A stretch of 64,000 nucleotides of DNA from Desulfobacterales bacterium (GCA_963674755.2 CAXXVS010000001.1:448001-512000), one strand, 5' to 3'; counted from the first letter of the stretch, positions 40,553-50,533 are shown. Notes: generated from the sequence alone by a model not told the origin. Program-made: numbers and translations.

Positions 40553-40660
40553 GCCACTGGACAAGGCGGAACAGGGTGATGGCAGCAGACGAGTCTGCCC
40601 TTTTGAAAGAACGATGCATCTGGTCAACCTTTTATTCCCAGCCTTTCCTCAGGTGATTCT

Positions 40661-41104
40661 ATGAAAAAGCTGGCTGTCTTAGCGGCACTTGGCCTGGCTT
40701 TATACGCCATCTTCCTTCTCAGTCCCGCTGCCCTTCACCATTTCGACGCCCCCCAGATCCGGCAACCCTCCGATAACCGTCTGATCGAACAAGCCTTTCA
40801 AAACAGGCAAAGCAACTTGCAGGTTCGGGGGGAGGGGATCGTTGTCGCCATTCTGCCGGACGACACCAAAGGCCGGCGGCACCAGCGCTTCATTATCCGG
40901 TTTGCTTCCGGACAGACCTTGCTGGTGGCCCATAACATCGACTTGGCCCCCCGCGTCGATTCCCTGGCCAAGGGCGATGCGATCGAATTCTATGGCGAGT
41001 ACGAGTGGAACGAAAAGGGCGGGGTGGTTCACTGGACCCACCACGACCCGGACGGCAGGCATGCGGATGGGTGGGTAGTTCATAGGGGGCGGAAGTATCG
41101 TTAG
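40661..41104 (+). CDS. DUF3465-domain protein
   Basis: LPDDTKGRRHQRFI, AHNIDLAPR, GEYEWNEKGGVVHWTHHDP. Confidence 0.85.
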   Translation: MKKLAVLAALGLALYAIFLLSPAALHHFDAPQIRQPSDNRLIEQAFQNRQSNLQVRGEGIVVAILPDDTKGRRHQRFIIRFASGQTLLVAHNIDLAPRVDSLAKGDAIEFYGEYEWNEKGGVVHWTHHDPDGRHADGWVVHRGRKYR

Positions 41105-41256
41105 TGCCCATCCAGAGATGGCATCTTTTGGCCCAGCCCAGCGTTCCCGCTCTTCTGAAATCCTCGCTCTAGCTCGCTGCGGTCTTGGCGTTCGAAAAAT
41201 TTTGCTCTTTGCGGTTTTCCACTTATCTTTAGCCGATTGGGCCAGATATGTTTTTC
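41102..41256. repeat. palindromic MITE/REP-like element, degenerate copy in opposite orientation
   Basis: TAGTGCCCATCCAGAGATGGCATCTTTTGGCCC matches reverse complement of 8657-8686; GCGTTCCCGCTC..ATCCTCG..TAGCTC matches reverse complement of the 21829 copy. Confidence 0.65.
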
Positions 41257-41329
41257 GCAAGCCGCAAGCCGCGGCCGGGTTTCAGGCGACCGTAAACAGA
41301 CACGCTATTTTTAAAAATAAGGAGCTAAA

Positions 41330-41800
41330 ATGAGACGTCGTTACATGGTAATTGGAATGTTGGCGGTGGTGGCATGCATGCTTGGTATCGGAACAACGCC
41401 CGTTTGGGCGGCCGACCTGAGCCTGGTCGGCCTGTTGACCCAAAATCTGGGGGTGACGACGGAACAGGCCGAGGGGGGCGCCGGGGCGATCTTGAATGCC
41501 GCGTCCAAGAATATGAGCAGCGATGAGTTCACGCAAGTTACCGATGCGCTGCCCGATGTGGCCCCATTGGTGAAAAATGCATCGACGAGCGATTCGGGCG
41601 CCGGTTCCTCGGGGGGGCTATCTTCACTGTTGGGTAATAGCCAAAGCTCCCTGTCGTCCCTGGCCGGTTTGGCCTCCACCTTTTCCGATCTGGGGCTTAG
41701 CAGCGATATGATTGGCAAATTTACTTCGGTCATATTGGAATATGCCCAATCCGAGGGGGGCAGCGAGATCGCCAATTTGCTTAAAGCGGCCTTGCAGTAG
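41330..41800 (+). CDS. DUF2780-domain secreted protein
   Basis: Signal peptide; LTQNLGVTTEQAEGGAGAI, FSDLGLSSDMIGKF. Confidence 0.8.
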   Translation: MRRRYMVIGMLAVVACMLGIGTTPVWAADLSLVGLLTQNLGVTTEQAEGGAGAILNAASKNMSSDEFTQVTDALPDVAPLVKNASTSDSGAGSSGGLSSLLGNSQSSLSSLAGLASTFSDLGLSSDMIGKFTSVILEYAQSEGGSEIANLLKAALQ

Positions 41801-41989
41801 CCAGATTTTAAGGGAAACGAAAAACCGCCGACCGGTTTTTCGTAACCGGCCATCCCCACGAAATTCCAGGATTCGGAAGTCACCCGCTGGCTGGGCGACT
41901 TCCGGAAAATTCCCGCGGACATAAAACCGCAAATCTGTTTCCCGCGTTTTTCAATATTTTAGCAAACCAGTCCACGTTCCAAAGCCATA

Positions 41990-43240
41990 TCAGCGCGACG
42001 GCCGCAGGTAAGCGCCCCAATAGCCCAGGCCCACGAAGACGCCGCCGCCGATGACATTGCCGATGGTCACGGGGATCAGGTTCTTCACCACGAAAGCCCC
42101 CCAGGTGATGGTGGATGTGTCGATCCCCTCGGGCGCCAGACCGGCCCACCGGCTGAGGAAGATGCCCACCGGGATGAAGTACATGTTGGCGACGCAGTGC
42201 TCGAAGCCGATCGCCACGAAGCCCATGATGGGAAAGAAGATCGCAAAAATCTTACTGATCGTCTGGCGGGCCGCCAAGGCCATCCAGACCGCCAGGCAGA
42301 CCAGCCAGTTGCAGCCGATGGCCCGCACGAACGCTTCCCCGGCGTCCAGGTGCACCTTGGCGTAGGCGGTTTTCAAGGCCACCACCCCCAGCGCGCCGTT
42401 GCCCGTCTTCCAGAGCCCCGAGCCATAGAACAGGAGCGCCAGCAGAATGGAGCCCAGGAAATTGGCGCAATAGACCAAGCCCCATTTGGCGAGCACTTTC
42501 TGCCAGGTCGTGCGTCCGGTAACGACGCTGGACACCATGAGATTGTTGCCCGTAAACAGCTCCGCCCCGGCGATGACCACCAGCATCAGACCGAGGCTGA
42601 AGGCGGCGCCGGTGACCAGTTTCTTCAGGCCCAGTCCCAGGGACGGCGACATGTCGAACGTTACCGAGGCGGAGAACAGGCCGCCGAAGCCGATGTAGGC
42701 GCCGGCCATCACCCCCAGCACGAACAGAGACAGCCAGGGGGACGTGGCCTTGGCGACGCCCACCGTTTGGGCCACGGTTTCGGCGATGATCTTGGGCCCC
42801 TTGTCATCCAGGCTCGGGGTGGGGAATTTCTCCATGAATTTTTCGAAGAGCCCCAGGGTCTTTTTCTCCTGCAGCAGTTTGGCCGAGATCGCCTTGGCCA
42901 CGGCGGCCGAAATCTCCTCGGGCGTGAAAGGCTTGGGCAGGTAGTCCATGGCCCCCCGTTTCATGGCTTCGGTGGCGCGCTCCATGGCAGGGTACCCGCT
43001 GATCATCACCACCGCCGATTCCGGCGCATGGGTCTGGAGCTGCGAGACGACGTTCATGCCGTCCAGCTCCGGCATCTGCCAGTCGCACAGGATCACCGTG
43101 TAGGCTTTTGCTTTGGCCAGTTCGAGGCCGTCCCGCGGGTTCGTGGTGGTGGTCACCTCGAAGCCCTCCTGGCTGAAAATGCGCTGGCAGGAAGCCAGCA
43201 CCGCCGTATCGTCGTCTATGATCAACATCGTCTGTGCCAT
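41990..43240 (-). CDS. receiver domain fused to formate/nitrite transporter (FNT) channel
   Basis: N-terminal IIDDD..LCDWQM..ISG..LPKPF; C-terminal GVMAGAYIGFG, GAELFTGN, CNWLVCLAVW, GFEHCVANM, GNVIGG. Confidence 0.9.
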   Translation of the reverse strand: MAQTMLIIDDDTAVLASCQRIFSQEGFEVTTTTNPRDGLELAKAKAYTVILCDWQMPELDGMNVVSQLQTHAPESAVVMISGYPAMERATEAMKRGAMDYLPKPFTPEEISAAVAKAISAKLLQEKKTLGLFEKFMEKFPTPSLDDKGPKIIAETVAQTVGVAKATSPWLSLFVLGVMAGAYIGFGGLFSASVTFDMSPSLGLGLKKLVTGAAFSLGLMLVVIAGAELFTGNNLMVSSVVTGRTTWQKVLAKWGLVYCANFLGSILLALLFYGSGLWKTGNGALGVVALKTAYAKVHLDAGEAFVRAIGCNWLVCLAVWMALAARQTISKIFAIFFPIMGFVAIGFEHCVANMYFIPVGIFLSRWAGLAPEGIDTSTITWGAFVVKNLIPVTIGNVIGGGVFVGLGYWGAYLRPSR

Positions 43241-43311
43241 CTTCTTCTCCCTCCCGATATAGCGACTGTTGACGATCCTATCTGGTGCCCCTTTATACCG
43301 GTGGCTGGAGG

Positions 43312-43665
43312 CTACTGGCGCGTGTTGTGAACGGCCCGCAGCAGCTCCTCCGGCGTGAATGGTTTGGCGATGTGGTTGTCCGCCCCCAGGCGACGGCCGT
43401 TGGCGATGGTCTCGGCGGTGGAATAGCCGCTCATCATCAGGATCGGCAGGTTCGGCCGCAGCTGCCGGGCCCGGGCGATCATCGCGAACCCGTCCTGGCC
43501 GGGCATCTTGATGTCGGTGAGCATCAGGTCGAAATCGGCATCCGCCAGCAGCGAAGCTCCTTTCGCGACCGTGTCCGCCGTATGGATGTCCATGCCTTCC
43601 GCCTCCAGCACCCGCCGGCAACTCCTGACCACAATGGCATCGTCATCGACGATCAGCACCCGCAT
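43312..43665 (-). CDS. single-domain response regulator
   Basis: LIVDDD, LTDIKMP, MMSG, IAKPF; no output domain. Confidence 0.9.
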   Translation of the reverse strand: MRVLIVDDDAIVVRSCRRVLEAEGMDIHTADTVAKGASLLADADFDLMLTDIKMPGQDGFAMIARARQLRPNLPILMMSGYSTAETIANGRRLGADNHIAKPFTPEELLRAVHNTRQ

Positions 43666-45590
43666 GGTTGGCCCTCCGGGAGTCGCTGACCCCCCTCATC
43701 CAAAGGGTGGGTGGGCAGCCAGATGGTAAAGGTGGATCCTGCGCCGGGTTGGGATGTGACCGTGATGGTCCCGCCATGGCGCTGGATGATCCCCGCGGAT
43801 ACGGCCAACCCCAGTCCAGTGCCCTTGCCCACCGCCTTGGTCGTGAAGAAGGGATCGAACAGCTTGTCCATGTGGTCGGGCAGGATCCCCGTGCCCGTAT
43901 CGGCGACAATGATCTCCACCCCGCCCGCGTGATCCGCCCCGGCCTTGCAGGTCTCGATCCCGATGCGTCCACCGGCGTCCGTGGCGTCGAAGGCATTGAG
44001 CAGCATGTTGATCAGCACGCTTTGGCACTGGTTCCGGTCAAGAACCAGAACCGGGAGATCTGCCCCGGCCTTGAAGACCAGATCGATCCCCTTGATCAGG
44101 GCTTGGTTTTCCATCAGGCGCACACTGTCCGCTACCAGCCGGTTGATATCCAGGGCCGTGGGGCAGAGCTCCGTCTGGCGGGAAAAATCGAGCAGGCTCT
44201 TGACGATAGTCCGGACCCGTTCGGTCTGCTCGGCGACGACGGCCAGATCTTCACGCACTGCTTCGGGCAGGTCCGTGCGGCGCAGGATCAAGTGGGTAAA
44301 GGTCAGCACCGCCGTTAGCGGGTTGTTGATCTCGTGGGCCACCCCGGCGGCCAGTTTGCCGACGCTGGCCTGTTTTTCCGACTGGATCAGACGGATCTCA
44401 CTTTCCTTGTGCAACAGCTTTTCACGCTCGCGCAGGGCTGCCACCATGGTCATGAATTTCTCTTGCAGTTGACCGATGTCGTCGCTGGAAATCGGACCGA
44501 TGTCCGGATTGAGATTGCCACTGGAAATCTCCGAACTGGCACGGATCAGATGGCTTAACGGCCGCATGATGCGTCCGGTGAACAGCCAGCTGAGCCCAAT
44601 CGCGAGGATAACCCCCGCCAGGGTGATGCCGGCAAAAAGGGCGATGGCTTCGTTGCGGATGTCCACATACTTGGACTCCAGCACCCCCACATAGAGCATC
44701 CCCACCCGCCGGCCGTCGATATCGCTGAGCGGCTCATAGGCGGTGATATACCAGTCGTCCAGAACCCGGGCGCGGTCGGTCCACTTCTTCCCTTCCCCCA
44801 GCACCCGGCGGGCCACCGCCGGCGAGGAAAGGGTCCCCAGGGCGCGCCGCCCCGCGGGATCCTTGACGCTGGTGGCCACCCGCAGGTCGTTGTAGAAGAT
44901 CGTCGCCGTGCCCACATGGCGGTCTTTGTAGATCTCGTTCTTGAAAACGGTTTCGCCGATCTTGTCGACGATCGTGGTGTCGCCATTGAGCAGGAAGCCG
45001 CCGTAGAGCACACCGATCAGGCGCCCGTCTCCGGTGATGGGGACGGCTGCCCCGATGGTCAGACCGGCGGCCGTCGGAGGCACCGCCGCCATACGGCGAT
45101 TGGTGTCAAGGACCAGCTGCGGATTCTCAGCCCGCAGCTGGTCGCCGTTCAAGGCAACGGTTCCCGCCGCGGTGCGGTGGTTTGCCAGGACCCGTCGCAC
45201 CAGCGGATTGTCGCTGGGGGCGCCATCCGGGGCAGCGGCGGATGCGGTGCGGTAGATGATCCGGCCCTGGGAATCGACGATGCCCAGGAAATCAATCCGG
45301 ATACGATCGGCCAGGGCGGGGAGCGATGCCGGAACCAACGCGGGCCGGTCGGCCTGCACAGCTCTTGTCAGGCCCGGCGCCATGGTCTCCAGGACCCGTC
45401 GCACGGTGTTGACGCGGTCGTCGTAGATCAACCGCGCTACATTGAGATCCTGCCGGATGCGGTTGTTGGCTTCGTCGAGAACCGATTGGTAAAGCAGATT
45501 GCCGCCGACCAGGATCGATATCAGGGCGACGAGCAGTGAAACGGCAATCAGGCTGGCGATCAATTTGAACCGTATCGAGTGGATTTGCAT
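43653..45590 (-). CDS. membrane sensor histidine kinase (Cache-HAMP-HisKA-HATPase)
   Basis: Two TM helices around periplasmic domain (WYITAYEPL..VGMLYVG), HAMP, AHEINNPL, NAFDA, DTGTG, FDPFFTTK..GTGLGL. Confidence 0.92.
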   Translation of the reverse strand: MQIHSIRFKLIASLIAVSLLVALISILVGGNLLYQSVLDEANNRIRQDLNVARLIYDDRVNTVRRVLETMAPGLTRAVQADRPALVPASLPALADRIRIDFLGIVDSQGRIIYRTASAAAPDGAPSDNPLVRRVLANHRTAAGTVALNGDQLRAENPQLVLDTNRRMAAVPPTAAGLTIGAAVPITGDGRLIGVLYGGFLLNGDTTIVDKIGETVFKNEIYKDRHVGTATIFYNDLRVATSVKDPAGRRALGTLSSPAVARRVLGEGKKWTDRARVLDDWYITAYEPLSDIDGRRVGMLYVGVLESKYVDIRNEAIALFAGITLAGVILAIGLSWLFTGRIMRPLSHLIRASSEISSGNLNPDIGPISSDDIGQLQEKFMTMVAALREREKLLHKESEIRLIQSEKQASVGKLAAGVAHEINNPLTAVLTFTHLILRRTDLPEAVREDLAVVAEQTERVRTIVKSLLDFSRQTELCPTALDINRLVADSVRLMENQALIKGIDLVFKAGADLPVLVLDRNQCQSVLINMLLNAFDATDAGGRIGIETCKAGADHAGGVEIIVADTGTGILPDHMDKLFDPFFTTKAVGKGTGLGLAVSAGIIQRHGGTITVTSQPGAGSTFTIWLPTHPLDEGGQRLPEGQPCGC

Positions 45591-45648
45591 GGCCGCCCGT
45601 AAACAAGGATGGATTAGGGTCGTTCCCGGTTCCCGTGTCGTCCTTATT

Positions 45649-45664
45649 TGCAAAACTTACGCCT
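45649..45664 (-). promoter_or_regulatory. sigma54 -24/-12 promoter of the HK/REC/REC-FNT operon
   Basis: Minus strand AGGCGTAAGTTTTGCA (GG-N10-GC). Confidence 0.55.
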
Positions 45665-46198
45665 TACCCGGCAGGAGTGGATAGAAGGGCATATGCTCAA
45701 AACGATCGGGGTTGGTCTGGGAAGTTCGCGGACATGGGCGGGATGCAGGAATTAACCTGAATATTGAATGGGATCGGTGCCGCCGTCAGGTTTCGCTAAA
45801 CGATTGAGATGCGGTTATAAAAAACGCGACGCGCCGTCTGGCAGGGAGGCGCCGCCGGCCGGCAGTGTCAGGAAAATTTGCAGGTCGCTAAAAGTTCGGT
45901 CAGGGACGGTTACCAATAAACCGTCCGGTCAGCCCCGGGTCCGACAACCGGCCAGTGAAACACAGATGGCGCCAGCCCTTGATCATCGGCCAGGTAGCTT
46001 GAGGGCCCGGCCCGGGGGCAGGGGCTGTTGTCGCGGAAAGAGAGATTGAGTGCCAATCCGCTACGCATTTCGGGAAGCAACTGCCTACCAGGTTTACGAC
46101 TTTTTTGCTCGATCGATAACCGGGAGCAATTCCTGTTTTATGAAAAACAGACCTGAAACCAAAAGGTTAGATAGGCATTTCGGATGAGGGCCACCCGC

Positions 46199-46214
46199 TG
46201 GCACAAAATATGCT
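46199..46214 (+). promoter_or_regulatory. sigma54 -24/-12 promoter
   Basis: TGGCACAAAATATGCT, 60 bp before the 46275 gene. Confidence 0.65.
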
Positions 46215-46274
46215 CTGGTGACACGTTCAACTGGCGACACGGCTAAATCGGCCACCATAAGCGGGAGAGGAACG

Positions 46275-46634
46275 ATGCAGGAGCACAGGGCAGTCAAGCT
46301 GAATGAGGGACCGGGGCGGCGGTTCGTGCGCAACTTCGACGTGCTGGAGCATATCGATCCCGAGCCGGACAGCTATGTGGACCTGGCCTACGAAACCCAC
46401 CAGAACCCTGAATACGTTCGCGTTTGCGCCTGCAACCATCACCCGAGCAAATCCATCCACGCCTACTTCTATACCCTTCCAGAAAACAGCGGCAATTTCA
46501 TTCCCGCCGACTTTAACGGGCGCACCATCAAAGCCTGCCTGAAGCCCTCCGAGAGCACGGTCATCCATTTCGAGGAAAAGAAACACAATCCGCGGCTGTT
46601 CCTGTTCAACGCGTTCTTCGCCGATGACCATTAG
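46275..46634 (+). CDS. hypothetical protein
   Basis: GGAGAGG RBS, host-like codon usage, sigma54 site upstream. Confidence 0.6.
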   Translation: MQEHRAVKLNEGPGRRFVRNFDVLEHIDPEPDSYVDLAYETHQNPEYVRVCACNHHPSKSIHAYFYTLPENSGNFIPADFNGRTIKACLKPSESTVIHFEEKKHNPRLFLFNAFFADDH

Positions 46635-47017
46635 CAGGATGTGAATAAAGGGCGCCGCAAGCCGAAATACGGCGTTGCCCGCCTAGTGGGAATTCGTATC
46701 CGGTTATTTGGGCTAAAGGGAGGGACCTTTCGTGAAGCCGCCGTTTCCCCTCTCTTGGGATGGTTGCGCTTTTCGCATCGGACGGCGCCTTGTTTTTCAC
46801 CCCTGTGGTTATTCACGGCCTGTTGATTTTGTGACGGCGCCTTACCGGAGAAAACGTCTTGAAAATATGAGCGCTCCAGGTGGACGACCGGATTGGGCCC
46901 GCAGCGGATACTGCTTGGCCGGAGGAAGCCCAATTCCACCACCCATTTCCCCCACGGCCGTGGGGGCGATATCGAAAAGCGGCCTTATCCCCCCCCCATA
47001 TAAAGGAGGACTTTGCA

Positions 47018-47686
47018 ATGCAACCCAAACGCCTCGCTATCCTTTTGGTCGGTTTTTTCCTTTTTCCGGCCTCCCTTTGGGCGCAGCCCGGAAACACTCA
47101 CATCAGTTTAAGGTATCAATTTACAGGCTGCCCGGTGCTGCAAACCGGCATTGAAACGGCCTGGGCGGCCGGGGCCGCCATGATGGTGGGATGGAAGGAG
47201 AACACGTGCCCTGATATTCACAGCGTTTTGCAGCGGGCGGGCGGACCGTATCCATCATACTACAGCAGCAACCGGACGCCCTCCTGCGAGGAGTTGTTCG
47301 AACTCTACAAAATTTTAGGGATGAAGACGGTTGAAGCGTTCAATCCCACCATCGAAGGATGGCGCACCATTTTAGCCGGCGGCCCGGTTTTAACGACGTT
47401 AGCCCATTATGACGCGCCAAGTCATGTCGTATTCCTCAACCGGCTGTATGAAGACACCGAGCAAGACCAAGCCTACTTTGGGTTTTTCGATCCATCCCGC
47501 GGTCGTCAAGCGGCGCTTCCTGTTGAAAATTTCCTTAATAATTTTGGAACCACGGCGGCCTATTGCAATGCCCATTTCGCTTATTGGCCGAATGCGTCTT
47601 TAGACGAGATGTTCAGACTGCTGCTGGAGCCCGAAGACACCATCGATGCGCCGGCGAATTTTGGTGTGGTACCCAATCGGCAATGA
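47018..47686 (+). CDS. secreted papain-like (C39/C70-type) domain protein lacking the catalytic Cys
   Basis: AGGAGG RBS; signal peptide; LQTGIETAWAAGAAMM (Q..CWAA motif with Ala), SHVVFL, FFDP. Confidence 0.55.
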   Translation: MQPKRLAILLVGFFLFPASLWAQPGNTHISLRYQFTGCPVLQTGIETAWAAGAAMMVGWKENTCPDIHSVLQRAGGPYPSYYSSNRTPSCEELFELYKILGMKTVEAFNPTIEGWRTILAGGPVLTTLAHYDAPSHVVFLNRLYEDTEQDQAYFGFFDPSRGRQAALPVENFLNNFGTTAAYCNAHFAYWPNASLDEMFRLLLEPEDTIDAPANFGVVPNRQ

Positions 47687-48079
47687 CGTTGTGCGTGAAG
47701 GCGCGGTGGCGGAGACGCAGTCGACAGACCCCAAGGTGATCGGCGTGCAACCCTATTGCCGGACCCTGCGGCCGGCGGGCTTGCTTGCGACCGGTAGCCA
47801 GACCATCGGGCGCAAAGGGTATGATGGCTTCGCGATCTCGATCGTACGCGGCAGAGCACGATCTCCCCAAGAATGATCCTCCATATAACGTATTGACATG
47901 AATTGAGATTTCCCGTATCGAGCGGAAGACCTGAACCGGGCATTCCGTTTTACTGGTTGGAGAGTAAAAAGAGCCTCCCAGGGAGCGTTTCCCACCGGTC
48001 GTGCGGCACACGACCCTGCGTCTTGGTTGTTGGTCTGCCGGGCCTTCAGCCGGCCACTTTTATAAGGACACGCTGGATC

Positions 48080-49495
48080 ATGCGCGAATTTCTCGTCGTA
48101 TGCCGGGATTCCAGCCTCAAAGCGGATATCGTGGCGGCCATCGGAAACGATGCCGGGCCGGAAGGCCTGGCCTTCGAGGCGGTCGTGCCGCTGCTGGAGT
48201 CCCATCCCTATGAATATCTCTTTATCGAGTTTTCCGCCATTCCCGGGGCGGAGGGGGGAGCCGGCACCCGGGCCGACCTGCAGGCCCGTTTTGAACCCAT
48301 CTGGCGCCTGCGGCCTTCGCTTAAAATTATCGTGATCGTTACCCCGGAGCAGATCCGGGCCGGCATCGCCGCCATGGAGGCCGGTGCGGCCGGGTATCTG
48401 AAACTGCCCCTGAGCCAGGAGGAGATTCGCTTCATCACCCGGGATGTCTACGAAGGCGAGATCCTGGAATCGGAGCTGGATTATCTCCGGGAGCAGTTCT
48501 GGGAAGCGGACGTGCGGGAAATCGTGCGCACCCGCTGCGCCAATATGAACAAAGCCTACGACCTGGTGCGGTCCGTTGCGCCCACCCGCACCACGGTGCT
48601 GCTGACGGGCGAAACCGGCACCGGGAAAAACCTTCTGGCCAAACTGATCCATCGGCATAGCAATCGACGGGAGGCTCAGTTCATCAGCGTTCACTGCGGG
48701 GCCATCCCGGACACCCTTCTGGAAAGCGAACTCTTCGGTCACGAGAAGGGGGCTTTCACCGGGGCGGTGCGCCGCAAGATGGGCAAGTTCGAGATCGCCA
48801 ACGGGGGCACCATTTTCCTGGACGAGGTGGGCACCCTGACATCCGCCGCCCAGGTTAAGCTCCTGATGGTGCTGCAGGAAGGCCTGTTCGAACGGGTGGG
48901 GGGGGAGACGACCCTCAAGACGGACGTGCGTGTGATTGCCGCCACCAATGCCGACCTGAAACAAATGACCGAGGAGGGGCTGTTCCGCAAGGATTTGTTC
49001 TACCGTTTGAACGTTTTCCCCATCGAGCTGCCACCGCTCAGGGACCGCAAGCCCGACATCCCCCAGCTAGTGGAGGGTTTTCTCAAAAAGATGAGCGATT
49101 TCGGTCCCAAGGCCATCCGCAACGTGCATCCGGCGGTGGTCAATGCCCTCGGAGGATATCCGTGGCCGGGCAATATCCGCGAGCTGGAAAATCTGGTGGA
49201 AAGGGCCTATATCCTGGAGCCTTCCGATACCCTCACGCCGGAGAGTTTCCCGGCGGAATTTTTCGAAGACGAAAACGCTTCTGCGGAACTGGCCACTGAC
49301 ATGCACAACACGCTGGCCCAGGTCCGCGCGAGCGGTGTGGAAGAAATCGAGCGGCGCTACCTCAAGGACCTTCTCAGGCGCCACAAGGGCCGTATCAACG
49401 CTTCCGCGGAAGAAGCCGGCATTACCACCCGCCAACTGCACAAGCTGATGAAAAAATACGGCTTCCGCAAGGAAGCCTTCAAACACATGGCCTGA
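48080..49495 (+). CDS. sigma54-dependent Fis-family activator with degenerate receiver
   Basis: GETGTGK, ESELFGHEKGAFTGA, FLDEVG, DLFYRLNV, WPGNIREL, C-terminal HTH; YLFIEF at the phospho-Asp position. Confidence 0.92.
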   Translation: MREFLVVCRDSSLKADIVAAIGNDAGPEGLAFEAVVPLLESHPYEYLFIEFSAIPGAEGGAGTRADLQARFEPIWRLRPSLKIIVIVTPEQIRAGIAAMEAGAAGYLKLPLSQEEIRFITRDVYEGEILESELDYLREQFWEADVREIVRTRCANMNKAYDLVRSVAPTRTTVLLTGETGTGKNLLAKLIHRHSNRREAQFISVHCGAIPDTLLESELFGHEKGAFTGAVRRKMGKFEIANGGTIFLDEVGTLTSAAQVKLLMVLQEGLFERVGGETTLKTDVRVIAATNADLKQMTEEGLFRKDLFYRLNVFPIELPPLRDRKPDIPQLVEGFLKKMSDFGPKAIRNVHPAVVNALGGYPWPGNIRELENLVERAYILEPSDTLTPESFPAEFFEDENASAELATDMHNTLAQVRASGVEEIERRYLKDLLRRHKGRINASAEEAGITTRQLHKLMKKYGFRKEAFKHMA

Positions 49496-49693
49496 TAGTT
49501 TCCCCCCATGCAAAAGTGAATTTTCGATTCCGATTCTGCGGGAATCGGATCTGCCTGTACCCGTTTTGGAGAGAGGGGCGGCCTGCGCCAGGCTCACGGT
49601 GTGCGGGCGGGCACCTTTTGCCGGAACGGTTTACAAGTCATCCCGGCCCTGAACGGCGACGGCCCGCCCCCCGTGTCATCGAATTAGAGCGGA

Positions 49694-49709
49694 TGGCATA
49701 CCTGTTGCT
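49694..49709 (+). promoter_or_regulatory. sigma54 -24/-12 promoter
   Basis: TGGCATACCTGTTGCT. Confidence 0.75.
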
Positions 49710-49769
49710 AAAAGTTTACTTCGAAGGACGGCTTCCCTCCCCCAGGCAACGGAAAGAGAGCACGGCAGC

Positions 49770-50015
49770 ATGGTCCAGGAAATTCATCTCACAGGGCTTC
49801 TGATACCGGTGGACTGGTATGGCAACGGCCGTGTCAAGGCGGTCGCCCTGGCCACCGACGACGAGAAGGAAATTTCCATCGGCGGGCCGTTGCGGGATCA
49901 TATCATCCATCACCTGCGCCAGCAGGTGGACCTCTGGGGGACCTACGAAGACCCGCTCGGGCAGACCGTTTTCCAGGTCAATCGTTTCCAGCCCAAACCG
50001 CCTCCCCAGAACTAG
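49770..50015 (+). CDS. small hypothetical protein (OB-fold-like)
   Basis: GLLIPVDW..VALATDDEKE..HLRQQVDLWG; sigma54 site upstream. Confidence 0.65.
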   Translation: MVQEIHLTGLLIPVDWYGNGRVKAVALATDDEKEISIGGPLRDHIIHHLRQQVDLWGTYEDPLGQTVFQVNRFQPKPPPQN

Positions 50016-50220
50016 GCATCGCCGGCCCCGCGGTTTTCCAATTCACAGGGCCAGGGAACCGGTCAGCGCGAAATTCAAAGGGGAGATAACGGGAAACAAC
50101 GGGGGTTGGCCGTCGCCGGCTGCTCCGGCAGCGGTGGGGCAACACGGTTTCCGACAACCAATGAAGGCAGGGGCTGACATCGTGCAGGCGGCTCCCCAAC
50201 CCGGCAGCGCCTTGGGCCGC

Positions 50221-50427
50221 TTATTCCTCCAAACGCCGGTCCCCTTTCTGGGATCGGCGATCGCCCCGGGCCGCGCCACCGGCCTCGCCGAGTTTTACCT
50301 TGTGTTGCCGGCAGGACGGGCAGCGGCGCGGCGGGTCGAACCCCTGGCGCTCGTGCCGCAGCTGCTCCTTGACGGTATATGCGAAGGGTTCATCACACTG
50401 CACACAAAAAAGCATTTGATCCTGCAT
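50221..50427 (-). CDS. zinc-ribbon (zf-trcl-like) protein
   Basis: GGAG RBS; CVQCDEPFAYTVKEQ..GFDPPRRCPSCR. Confidence 0.8.
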   Translation of the reverse strand: MQDQMLFCVQCDEPFAYTVKEQLRHERQGFDPPRRCPSCRQHKVKLGEAGGAARGDRRSQKGDRRLEE

Positions 50428-50517
50428 GGACGTTCTCCACAGATTGATCGCTAGACCGAATCTTTTCCTGACCGGCATTAGAGCATGAGGCCTGCTATCC
50501 AGAGTCCAAATTGATCC

Positions 50518-50533
50518 AGCAAAGACAATGCCA
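50518..50533 (-). promoter_or_regulatory. sigma54 -24/-12 promoter
   Basis: Minus strand TGGCATTGTCTTTGCT. Confidence 0.7.

Larger units (their letters stand above)
33834..40600 (+). mobile_element. integron gene-cassette array lacking an integrase (CALIN)
   Basis: AT-rich, co-oriented ORFs separated by attC hairpins; cassette ends are reverse complements (GTTATAC/GTATAAC, GTTATGA/TCATAAC, GTTCGCC/GGCGAAC, GTTCTGT/ACAGAAC, GTTATGC/GCATAAC); right end approximate. Confidence 0.85.

Noticed and set aside
41990..43621. 543-aa ORF as called in the track
   Set aside because: Its first 127 residues overlap the separate receiver gene in another frame; the RBS-supported start is at 43240
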